Numbered from the stretch's first letter, positions 19,245-28,033 are shown. The stretch is DNA of 64,000 nt from an uncultured Solirubrobacterales bacterium (GCA_963756655.1 CAVWOQ010000038.1:7178-71177); one strand, 5' to 3'. The notes: generated from the sequence alone by a model not told the origin. Numbers and translations: made by a program.

Positions 19245-20638
19245 GCAACGAGTCGGCAGACCGTGTGCTCGATCCGGTCCGGTTCATCGACGAGCGGACC
19301 GCCGCCGCGCCGCAGATGCGTAAGTTCATGCGCTACCTGTTCCCTGACCACTGGTCGTTCCTGCTCGGCGAGGTGGCGCTGTATGCGTTCCTGGTCCTGA
19401 TTGCGACCGGGATCTACTTGGCGCTGTTCTACGACCCGAGCACCGCACAGACCGTCTACCACGGCCCGTACGCGCCACTCGACGGACAGTCGATGAGCAT
19501 GGCGTACGAGTCCGTGCTGGATCTTTCGCTGGCGACCAAGGCCGGGCTTCTGATCCGGCAGACGCATCACTGGGCCGCCGACGTGTTCATGGTCGCGATC
19601 GTCTTGCACCTGATGCGCGTGTTCTTCACGGGCGCGTTTCGCAAGCCCCGTGAATTGACCTGGCTGGTCGGGCTGCTGCTGCTGTTCACCGCGCTGTTGG
19701 AGGGCTTTCTCGGCTATTCGCTGGTCGACGATCTGCTCTCTGGCATGGGGCTCGCGATCGGCTACGGCGTCGGTCTATCAATTCCGGTGATCGGTGGCCC
19801 GATGACGCTCGCGATCTTCGGGGCGCCGTTTCCGGGCAAGCCCGACTTCTTCTCGCGGATGTACATCGCACACGTGTTCCTGCTCCCGGCTCTGCTCGCG
19901 ACGTTGATCGGGATCCATCTGGCGCTGATCATGGCCCGCCACCACACGCAGTTTCGGGAGAGCAAGCGGACGACCGAGCGACGGATCGTCGGTGTGCCGT
20001 TGTTTCCAGGCCAGGCGCCACGCTCGCTGGCGCTGATGTTCTTCACCGCCGGCCTGTTGTTCCTGCTTGGTGGGCTGGTGCAGATCAACCCGATCTGGCA
20101 GTGGGGGCCGTTCCACACGTATCTAGGGACTAACGGGGCACAGCCCGACTGGTATCTGGGATGGCTGATCGGCGCGCTACGACTGATGCCGAGCTTCGAC
20201 GTCACGATCGGCCACTTCACGCTGGTGCCTAACCCGTTCTGGGGCGGCGCCCTATTCCCGCTGTTCGTGCTCGCCGTGCTGGCGAGTTTTCCGTGGGTCG
20301 AGCGCCGTCTGAGCGGCGACCGCGGGGTCCACAACATCGCCGATCGCCCGCGCGATGCGCCGCTCCGGACCGCGTTCGGGGTCGCGTTCCTGAGCTGGGT
20401 GTTTCTGGTGTTCGTGTTCGGCGCCGCAGATCGCATGTTCGTGCTGTTCGGGCTCAGCTACAACACGCAGTTGTACGTCTTCCGGATCGGCATCTGGGTC
20501 GTGCCGTTCGTCCTGTTCTTCCTCACCCGCCGGATCTGTCGTGAGCTGCTCGCGGCCGAAGCGGTCGACGCGGTCCGTCGACAGGCCGAGCTCGAAGGAG
20601 CGGCGCACGAGCGCTCGCTGGCGGCGCACGGCAGATGA
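19241..20638 (+). CDS. qcrB: Cytochrome b subunit of the bc complex
   Basis: FPDHWSFLLGEVALY, IRQTHHWAA..LHLMRVFFTGAFRKPRE, HVFLLP..IHL, QPDWY. Confidence 0.95.
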   Translation: MSNESADRVLDPVRFIDERTAAAPQMRKFMRYLFPDHWSFLLGEVALYAFLVLIATGIYLALFYDPSTAQTVYHGPYAPLDGQSMSMAYESVLDLSLATKAGLLIRQTHHWAADVFMVAIVLHLMRVFFTGAFRKPRELTWLVGLLLLFTALLEGFLGYSLVDDLLSGMGLAIGYGVGLSIPVIGGPMTLAIFGAPFPGKPDFFSRMYIAHVFLLPALLATLIGIHLALIMARHHTQFRESKRTTERRIVGVPLFPGQAPRSLALMFFTAGLLFLLGGLVQINPIWQWGPFHTYLGTNGAQPDWYLGWLIGALRLMPSFDVTIGHFTLVPNPFWGGALFPLFVLAVLASFPWVERRLSGDRGVHNIADRPRDAPLRTAFGVAFLSWVFLVFVFGAADRMFVLFGLSYNTQLYVFRIGIWVVPFVLFFLTRRICRELLAAEAVDAVRRQAELEGAAHERSLAAHGR

Positions 20639-21519
20639 CCCACCTGGCCGAGTTCATACCGCCGCTTGGCGCAACGTTCCTTTACCTGCTTCTGTACCGC
20701 CGGCGGATGGCGACGCTCGCCGCCGAAGGCCGACCGGTCGCGCCCTGGCGAGTGGCCTCGTTCGTATGTGGCGTCGTGATGGTCGCTGCGGTACAGGTGG
20801 GGCCGTTGGACGGGCTGGCCGACACGCTGCTCGTCGCCCACATGATCCAGCACATCGTGATCGGCGACCTGGCGTCGCTGCTGATCGTGCTGGGGCTGAC
20901 CGGTCCGGTGCTCGCGCCGCTCATGCACACGAAGGCTTCGCGAGCGATGCGACGTCTGTCGCACCCGCTGGTCGCACTCACGCTGTGGGCGATTGATCTA
21001 TATGCCTGGCATCTGCCGCTCTTCTACCAGCTGGCGATCGAGCACGACCTAGTGCACGCCCTTGAGCACGCGTGCCTGCTGTGGTTCGGCTGCCTGCTGT
21101 GGCTGGCGCTAGTCGGCCCCCTCCCGAAACCCAGCTGGTTTTTGGGCTGGTGGAGCCTGGGTTATGTGATCCTGGTCCGGTTCGTCGGCGCCGTGCTCGC
21201 GAACGCACTGATCTGGGCCCAGACCGTCTTCTATCCGGTCTACCGCGCGAGCGACGCCGCGCGGGGACTGAGTCCGCTGTCGGACCAGAATCTGGCCGGC
21301 GGGGTGATGATGGTCGAGCAGGTGCTGCTGACGACGGCGCTGCTGGTCTGGCTGCTGGCCCGTCTGCTGCGCCAGGACGAGGACCGCCAGGGGCTGCTGG
21401 ATCTCGCAGCGAGTCGTGGCTTGCAACTCGACGAGGAACGCGCCGCCCGAGCCGCGCGGGCCGGTGCGACGGCCCGGATGCGCGAGCGGCTGCAGAGCGG
21501 TCCGACCGGACGTCTGTGA
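20635..21519 (+). CDS. ctaG: Cytochrome c oxidase assembly protein CtaG (caa3 type)
   Basis: AHMIQH, YAWHLP, HALEH, DQNLAGGVM. Confidence 0.85.
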   Translation: MTHLAEFIPPLGATFLYLLLYRRRMATLAAEGRPVAPWRVASFVCGVVMVAAVQVGPLDGLADTLLVAHMIQHIVIGDLASLLIVLGLTGPVLAPLMHTKASRAMRRLSHPLVALTLWAIDLYAWHLPLFYQLAIEHDLVHALEHACLLWFGCLLWLALVGPLPKPSWFLGWWSLGYVILVRFVGAVLANALIWAQTVFYPVYRASDAARGLSPLSDQNLAGGVMMVEQVLLTTALLVWLLARLLRQDEDRQGLLDLAASRGLQLDEERAARAARAGATARMRERLQSGPTGRL

Positions 21520-21532
21520 CAGAGGTCACAGT

Positions 21533-21557
21533 GTGACGTTTAGCGCTGACCGGGTAC
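21533..21557 (+). promoter_or_regulatory. Putative SigB/SigF-type promoter GTGA-N15-GGGTAC
   Basis: 10 nt upstream of ATG 21568. Confidence 0.45.
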
Positions 21558-21567
21558 GCCGTAGTAC

Positions 21568-22062
21568 ATGAACTACAACGAACGAACTTCCGGCGGAGTC
21601 ATAGGGAAAGTCGTAGGGAAGGCCAAACGGGTGCTCGGGGTCGCAGCGGACCGCGACCGACTCGCCTGCGAGGGCAGGCTGCAGGAAGCGAAGTCCGAGG
21701 CTGAGCTCGGTGCCCGGCACAGCGCGGAGCGCGCCCGCGAGCGCGAGCGGCGGGCAGCGCTGGACGCGCGGGCGGTGCAGCGCGAAGCGGATCGCACGCG
21801 CCTCGAGAACCGGGTCCTCGCCGATCAACGCGCGGCGGACATCGAGGCGATGTGGCGCCAGGAGAACGCTGACGCAGCTTTGCAGGCAGACCGGCAGCGC
21901 GCCGCCGCCGAATCCGAAGAGCGCGATCAGCACGCGGGCGCCGAGCGGTCGGTCCAGGCGGCGGAGCGGGCGAACGTGGCAGCCGCCGAAGACGCCAACC
22001 AGCTCGAGCGTGAGGCGACCGCGGCCGAGGATCGAGCGCGACGACTCGAGGAGGGCCGATGA
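21568..22062 (+). CDS. CsbD-like N-terminus followed by an A/E/R-rich coiled coil
   Basis: GKVVGKAKRVLG..DRDRLACEGRLQ resembles the CsbD pattern. Confidence 0.65.
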   Translation: MNYNERTSGGVIGKVVGKAKRVLGVAADRDRLACEGRLQEAKSEAELGARHSAERARERERRAALDARAVQREADRTRLENRVLADQRAADIEAMWRQENADAALQADRQRAAAESEERDQHAGAERSVQAAERANVAAAEDANQLEREATAAEDRARRLEEGR

Positions 22063-22688
22063 GCTCACGGACACTCACCACTGCGATGGTTGACCGCTAC
22101 CTGAGGCTGGCCCGCTGGCCCGTCGATCTGGTGACCACGGTGCTTCCCGGCACGCGTACCGGGCCGGGGACGACCGCACGATTGGTCGTCGACCGCGTCG
22201 ACGCGAGCATCCGTGCGACGCTCGCGGCCGTGCTGGGCGACGACTCACTGCGGGCAGACGCGGCACGACGCGACGCGGCCGTAGAGGAGCGAGAGCGCGC
22301 GCTCGACCTGCGCCGTGAGGCCCGTCGCCGCGCCGAGCAGAGCGAGGCTGAGCTTCGCAAACGTCACCAAGAGGCCGGTCGCCGCCGCGAGCGCGCCACC
22401 GCGAAGGCGACGCAGCAGCGGCGAGCCGCGAGTACGAGCCAGGAGCGACGCAAGAGCAACGCATCTCAGGCAGCGCGGCAGCGCGCCAAGATCAGCCAGG
22501 CGCAGCGGACGGCCAACGAGCAGCGAACTCATGAGCAACAAGCGGCGGCGGAGCTGCCGGCCGTAAAGGAGCGGGGAACGGCAGTCCGCGATCGTGAGCT
22601 CGCGGTGCACAAGCGCGACGAGGCCCAGCGTCTGGGCGAGGCGGCCGCGCGTGTGAAGGAGCAGCGCAGGCACGACGACGCTCCCTAG
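22059..22688 (+). CDS. Hypothetical A/R/Q/E-rich coiled-coil protein
   Basis: YLRLARWP..VDRVDASIR..LGDDSLRADA, then a hydrophilic helical tail; ATGA coupling to the previous gene. Confidence 0.65.
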   Translation: MSSRTLTTAMVDRYLRLARWPVDLVTTVLPGTRTGPGTTARLVVDRVDASIRATLAAVLGDDSLRADAARRDAAVEERERALDLRREARRRAEQSEAELRKRHQEAGRRRERATAKATQQRRAASTSQERRKSNASQAARQRAKISQAQRTANEQRTHEQQAAAELPAVKERGTAVRDRELAVHKRDEAQRLGEAAARVKEQRRHDDAP

Positions 22689-22716
22689 GTCCGGCAGTGG
22701 CCTGCCGCCGGGCCAA

Positions 22717-23460
22717 GTGGCGGTATCTTTGGCGCTGATGATGTCCAGCGCTGACCGTCGGCCGGTGGTGTGGAGATGGTCCGGAGCAGCGCTGCTGCCG
22801 CCGGCGGCGTTCGCGGTCCACCAGCTGCGCTTCGTGCTCGCATTCGGCAGTGGCGCGAGCGCTGAGCTGCAGCGCACGGGTCACTCGTATCTGCACTCGG
22901 TGATCCCGTGGCTGGTCGTGCTCGTGGCGCTGGTCGTCGGCATCTTTCTGCTTGCGCTTGGGCGGGCGCTCGCGGGCCAGACTTCGGCCGCCAGGTTCAC
23001 GGTCTCGTTCGCCGGCCTTTGGCTTGCGTGCGCGGCAGCGCTGGTCCTGATCTATTGCGTGCAGGAGTTCCTCGAGGGAGTCTTGGTCGTCGGCCACCCG
23101 GCCGGCCTGGTGGGAATCTTCGGCTACGGAGGCTGGTGGGCGATCCCCGTCGCCGCCTGCATAGGCCTGGTGCTGGCGGCCGTCTTCCACGGCGCCCGCT
23201 GGTTGCTCGACGAGACCGCCGCGCGGCGCCGGGTCGTGGTCGTGCGGCGCACGCCGGTCGCGCAACCTTGCTGGGAAGGCTTCTTCGCACCCGTGCCGGC
23301 CCCGCTGGCGGGCGGCTGGTCGGGACGCGGACCTCCGTGTTCAGGGAGTGGCATCGGCCTGAGTCCCGCGCCGGGACGCGCCGCTGCCAGAACCGGCACA
23401 CCCAGGGCACACCAAGCCGCTATCGACGGCGTCCTGCCGCGTGTGCATCTCCCGCCGTGA
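22717..23460 (+). CDS. His-containing membrane protein with a late RGPP motif (possible arrest-peptide-type leader)
   Basis: AFAVHQLRF, GHSYLHS, GHPAG, VFHG; SGRGPP at 23326-23337; the start may be ATG 22738. Confidence 0.65.
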   Translation: MAVSLALMMSSADRRPVVWRWSGAALLPPAAFAVHQLRFVLAFGSGASAELQRTGHSYLHSVIPWLVVLVALVVGIFLLALGRALAGQTSAARFTVSFAGLWLACAAALVLIYCVQEFLEGVLVVGHPAGLVGIFGYGGWWAIPVAACIGLVLAAVFHGARWLLDETAARRRVVVVRRTPVAQPCWEGFFAPVPAPLAGGWSGRGPPCSGSGIGLSPAPGRAAARTGTPRAHQAAIDGVLPRVHLPP

Positions 23461-23479
23461 GTGAAGGAGTTCCATCCAG

Positions 23480-24463
23480 ATGACAACGAGTGCCGCCGAC
23501 CAACGCCGGCGCACGCTCGGGAGCCGTGCAGACGCCTCACTGATCCCGAGGGCGCGCACATACTTCGCATCCGACAGTCGCGGATCGTGCAAACGGTCCT
23601 GGGAGTGATCTGGCTGCTCGACGGTGCCCTGCAGTTTCAGTCGTTCATGTACGGCAAGGGCTTCATCCATGCTTCTGACGAGCCTGACTGCTGGTCAGCC
23701 CGGCTGGATATCGAGCAGCGTCCACTGGGGCGCCAGAGCCATGCAGAGCGACCAGTTGGTCTTCAACACGCTGGCCGGTTTGACCCAGATCGCGATCGGC
23801 ATCGGGTTCCTCTATCGCCCGACCGTGAAGGTGGCGCTCGCGGTCTCGTTCGCCTGGGCGCTCGTCGTCTGGTGGTTCGGGGAGGCGTTCGGGATGCTGT
23901 TCATGAACATGGCGCAGCCGCTCACAGGCGCACCGGGTGCGGTGCTCCTGTACGCGCTCGCCGGGCTGGTCGTGTGGCCGAACGGACGTCCGGGAGGTCT
24001 GCTGGGCGTCCGCGGCGCGCGCGCCATGTGGCTGGCGCTGTGGCTGGTGATGGCGTGGCTCTGGCTGCTGGCTCCGAGCAGCAGCGCGAACGCGACGTAC
24101 ACATCGATCTACGCCGCTCCATCGGGCATGAGCTGGCTGAGCACGTTGCAGGTCTGGGCCGCCGACGCGGCCAAGGGCAACGGACTGCTGATCGCGATCG
24201 TGCTGGCGTTCGCGTCGGCGGCGATCGGGATCGCGGTCTACCGCAACTGGCACCCGCGGCCGTTCCTGCTGCTCGCCGTCGTTCTGAGTCTCGCGTACTG
24301 GGTCCTCGGCCAGGGCTTCGGCGGCATCTTCATGGGCGGCGCGACGGATCCGAATGCCGGACCGCTGTTCGTCGTGCTCGCGTACGCGATGTACGCGTTG
24401 ATCCCATTCGATAGCCGGGCGGACTCGCCGGGCGTACTGACAGCGAGGTCACAAAGTGCTTGA
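23480..24463 (+). CDS. DoxD/DoxX-like multi-pass membrane protein with internal duplication (frameshifts at about 23582 and 23668)
   Basis: AAGGAG SD 23464-23469 before ATG 23480; LGVIWLLDGALQFQ; repeated WWFGEAFG..TGAPG / YWVLGQGFG..TDPNAGPL. Confidence 0.65.
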
Positions 24464-25082
24464 CAGAACTCAACTTCGCGCCGCGCTGCTGGCCGCGGCG
24501 ACGGTCATGTTGCTCGCGGGTTGCGCGAGTGCCAACAAGACCACTTCGAGCTCGTCGGCCGCCGCCGCGGCCGGATCCGGAAGCATGGCGGGCATGAGCA
24601 GCGGCTCGGGCGCGAGCTCGAACGCCGCGATGGAGGTCGACGGGATCAAACCGATCCCGATCCAGCCGCTCGCCGTCGCGAGCTGGCAGGGGATGAAGAT
24701 CGAGGCGCGGGCGATGACCGCCGTGCCGTTCGTGGTCTTCAACGGGACCAAGGAGCAGATGGTCAAGCCCGGCCCGAAGACGAGCTTTCACCTGATGGTG
24801 ATGCTCAACGACGCCCACACCGGGGTCGCGATCCCGTACGCGAGCGTCTGGGCGACGATCACCCGCGACGGCAAGGTCGTCTACGACGAGCGCCAGTGGC
24901 CGATGCTGTCCGAGTACATGGGCCCTCACTACGGCAACAACGTCGCGCTCCCGGGAGCAGGAACCTACAAGCTCAGCCTGCTGATCAGCCCTCCGGTGTC
25001 GGCCCGGCACCTCGAGTACCAGCACGTGTGGCTGACGCCGCATCGCGTCAGCTCGAGCTTCAACTGGAAGCCGGTCTCGTGA
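24456..25082 (+). CDS. P19/Tpd (FetP)-family metal-binding lipoprotein, Met-substituted variant
   Basis: Lipobox LLAGC; FHLMVM, WPMLSEYMGPHYGNNVALPGAGTYKL..ISPP..ARH. Confidence 0.8.
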   Translation: MLDRTQLRAALLAAATVMLLAGCASANKTTSSSSAAAAAGSGSMAGMSSGSGASSNAAMEVDGIKPIPIQPLAVASWQGMKIEARAMTAVPFVVFNGTKEQMVKPGPKTSFHLMVMLNDAHTGVAIPYASVWATITRDGKVVYDERQWPMLSEYMGPHYGNNVALPGAGTYKLSLLISPPVSARHLEYQHVWLTPHRVSSSFNWKPVS

Positions 25083-26344
25083 CGCCGGAGGGCCCACGGC
25101 GAGGGCTGACCCGCCGCAAGCTGCTGATTGGCGCCGCGTCGGTGGCGGCCGGCGGCGCGGCGGTCGGCGTCGGCCTCGAACAGGCGTCGGGCGGCGCGAG
25201 CGAGCCCGAGATCCCGCGCGTTGCGCTTGGGAGCCAGCCCGCCGGGCTGCCGGCGCGCCAGCACGCCTGGACTGCGACGCTGGCGGTCGACTCTGACGGC
25301 GACTCGATCCCGCCGCGCTTTGACCGGCTCCTGTTGTTCGATGTCAACGGAACACCCACGCCCGCGCACGCGAGGCTGTTGGAAGCGTCACTGAGAACGC
25401 TCGAGCGCCGGTACAAGTGGGGTCCGTCGGGCCTGTTGTTCACGGCCGGCTGGGGGCCGAGCTACTTCGAACGCTTGCTGCGCGTACGGTCCCCGATCCC
25501 GCAGGCCAAGGGCCTGTCGGACTTCGAACTGCCGTCGATCGACGACTACCACCTGTGCCTGCACTTCGCGTGCAACGACGAGCAGCGCCTCGCGGCGATC
25601 GAAGCCGCACTACTGCACGGCGAGCCGCTCCCGGGAGCCGACGGCCCGCTCTCGATCGCCAGCGCGCTGACGTGGCGCGAAACGCGGACCGGCTTCGTCG
25701 GCGTCGGCCTACCGGCCGCGCATCAGCACACCGGCGGGATCCCGGCCGGCGATCCCGTCGCCCCGAGCGCGCCGCTGTTCATGGGCTTCAAGTCGGGCCT
25801 GCGCAAGAACCAGGCGACCGAGGACTTCGTGACGATCCCGGACGGACCGTTCGCCGGCGGCACGACGATGCAGGTCAGCTACATGCGCCTGCGACTCGAC
25901 AGCTGGTACGACGGGCTGAGCTACCGCGAGCGAGTTGCGCGGATGTACGCGCCGCAGGTCACCCCTCAGCAGGTCAAGCACTTCAAGACCGACGCCGAGA
26001 GCGACCCCAAACTGCTCGGCCAGGCGATCAACCACTACGGCGTGATCGGCCACTCGCAGACGTCGGCCCGCGCACGCCGCCACGGCAAGCCGCTGATCAT
26101 CCGCCGCGACTTCAACACCGTCGACGGCGGCCAGGCGGGGCTGCACTTCGTCTCGGTCCAGCGCACGATCGAGGACTTCGTGACGAGCCGCAACGCGATG
26201 AACGCCTCGAACGCGCAGCTCCAGAACCCTGGGATCACCAACACCGTCAACAACGGGATCAACGAATTCATCTTCGTCCTCAAGCGCGCCAACTACATCC
26301 TGCCGCGGCGCGCCGACCGTTCGTTCCCGCTGCTGCGGGCGTGA
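25079..26344 (+). CDS. Tat-exported DyP-type peroxidase-like protein
   Basis: TRRKLL + hydrophobic signal; FMGFKSG, IGHSQ, IIRRDF, GLHFVSVQR, INEFI. Confidence 0.7.
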   Translation: MTPEGPRRGLTRRKLLIGAASVAAGGAAVGVGLEQASGGASEPEIPRVALGSQPAGLPARQHAWTATLAVDSDGDSIPPRFDRLLLFDVNGTPTPAHARLLEASLRTLERRYKWGPSGLLFTAGWGPSYFERLLRVRSPIPQAKGLSDFELPSIDDYHLCLHFACNDEQRLAAIEAALLHGEPLPGADGPLSIASALTWRETRTGFVGVGLPAAHQHTGGIPAGDPVAPSAPLFMGFKSGLRKNQATEDFVTIPDGPFAGGTTMQVSYMRLRLDSWYDGLSYRERVARMYAPQVTPQQVKHFKTDAESDPKLLGQAINHYGVIGHSQTSARARRHGKPLIIRRDFNTVDGGQAGLHFVSVQRTIEDFVTSRNAMNASNAQLQNPGITNTVNNGINEFIFVLKRANYILPRRADRSFPLLRA

Positions 26345-26410
26345 TCAGTTCCAGCTCCCGCGGCGGTCTATGGATATCGACTGCGCAACGCTGGTCCCGC
26401 TGTTGACCGA

Positions 26411-26860
26411 CTACTTCGCCTGGCTCGCGCAGCTCTCGCAGAGCCCGACGATCGCGAAATGCGTGAAGCGGGCCGTGTGGCCGAAGTTGTCCTTGATGTG
26501 TTCGCGGACCGGCGCCAGCTGATCGGGGTCGAGCACCGTGACCTTGCCGCAGCGTTCGCAATAGAGGTACTCGCCGTCGTCGCGTCCGACGAGCGCGTAC
26601 AGGCCCGGCCCGTGCCCGAGGTGGACGTGGCGGATCAGACCATGGCGTTCGAGCACCTCGAGGTTGCGGTAGACAGACGACTCGTCGAGCGTCAGCGTTC
26701 GCGCCAGGTCAGGGGCCGAGACCGGGCCGTCGGTCGCGAACAGCGCCTCGATCACCAGTCGGCGTGGGGTCGACAGGCGCAGCCCAGAGGTGCGCAGCGC
26801 GTCGATCGCCTGATCGGGACTCGAGACCGCCAGCCGCGGCACGTCGGGCGCGATCGTCAC
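26411..26860 (-). CDS. nur: Fur-family regulator, most like nickel-responsive Nur
   Basis: GLRLSTPRRLV, SSVYRNLEVL, HVHLGHG, CERC, THFAIVGLCESC; start overlaps the NiCoT stop. Confidence 0.8.
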   Translation of the reverse strand: MTIAPDVPRLAVSSPDQAIDALRTSGLRLSTPRRLVIEALFATDGPVSAPDLARTLTLDESSVYRNLEVLERHGLIRHVHLGHGPGLYALVGRDDGEYLYCERCGKVTVLDPDQLAPVREHIKDNFGHTARFTHFAIVGLCESCASQAK

Positions 26861-27978
26861 GGCCCGACGCCGGGCTGTTCGAGGTGTGCACTCCAGCGCT
26901 CCTCGATCCGGCCGAGCCTCCACACCGACAGCGCGATCGCCCACGTCGCGACGAACATCCCGACGATCACGAAGCCGAGGACGTTGATGTCGATGTTCTC
27001 GAACCAGTTCCAGAACGAGCCCGACAGGTTGAGCTCCGACGCGAACAGGCCCCCGACCTCGATCGTCCCGATCACGAGCGCGACGGCGACCGATAGGCCC
27101 GTGATCGTGATGTTGTAGAAGACCTTGCGGACCGGCTTCGAAAAGGCCCAGCCGTAGGCGAAGTTCATGAACGAGCCATCGATCGAGTCCATCAGCGACA
27201 TCCCGGCGGCGAACAGGACCGGCAGGCACAGAATCGCGTACCAGGGGAGCCCGGCAGCGCCGGCGCTCCCAGCGATCACGAGCAATGCGACCTCGGTCGC
27301 GGTGTCGAACCCGAGCCCGAATAGGACTCCGATCGGGTACATCTGCTGGGGCTTGGTCACGGTCTTGGTGAGCCGGCCGAAGAAGCGGTTCATCAGCCCG
27401 CGACTGTCGAGCTGGCGCTCGAGCGCCGCCTCGTCGTAGCGGCCGGTCTTCATCTCGCGAAAGACGCGGATGATCCCGAACAGGATCACGATGTTGAGCG
27501 CGGCGATCAGGTAGAGAAACCCGCCGGAGACGCCGGTGCCGATCGAGTTGGTCGTCTGGTGAAGCGTCGAGGTGTCGTTCTTGACCGGGCCGTCGAGCGC
27601 GCGCACGCCGAGCGAGATCAGCAGCGCGAGCGCGAACACGATCGTCGAGTGCCCGAGGGAAAACCAGAACCCGACGCTCATCGGTCGCTTCCCCTCGGCC
27701 ATCAGCTTGCGGGTGGTGTTGTCGATCGCCGAGATGTGGTCGGCGTCAAACGCGTGCCGCAAACCGAGCGTGTACGCCGTGACACCGATCCCGATCGTGA
27801 ACGCGCCGGTTCTGCCGAGGTGGTAGTGGCTCGGAGCGACGACCGCGACCAGAACTACGAAGCCCGCGACGTGCAAAGCGACGACGACGAACGCCATCAT
27901 CATCATGGTCCGGCGCTGGCCGGAGTCGAGCGATCCCCAGAAGGACCTGGTCCTGCTGGCCAGCGAAGCGACCGACAA
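26857..27978 (-). CDS. High-affinity nickel/cobalt permease (NiCoT; HoxN/HupN/NixA family)
   Basis: Signature LRHAFDADHISAID, FSLGHSTIV, LFGLGFDTATE, MDSIDG. Confidence 0.95.
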   Translation of the reverse strand: MSVASLASRTRSFWGSLDSGQRRTMMMMAFVVVALHVAGFVVLVAVVAPSHYHLGRTGAFTIGIGVTAYTLGLRHAFDADHISAIDNTTRKLMAEGKRPMSVGFWFSLGHSTIVFALALLISLGVRALDGPVKNDTSTLHQTTNSIGTGVSGGFLYLIAALNIVILFGIIRVFREMKTGRYDEAALERQLDSRGLMNRFFGRLTKTVTKPQQMYPIGVLFGLGFDTATEVALLVIAGSAGAAGLPWYAILCLPVLFAAGMSLMDSIDGSFMNFAYGWAFSKPVRKVFYNITITGLSVAVALVIGTIEVGGLFASELNLSGSFWNWFENIDINVLGFVIVGMFVATWAIALSVWRLGRIEERWSAHLEQPGVGP

Positions 27979-28033
27979 TCGATCTCCTTGACCCGAGCGA
28001 TGTCCCGGGTCGCGAAGCTAAACCGAGCGGGAC

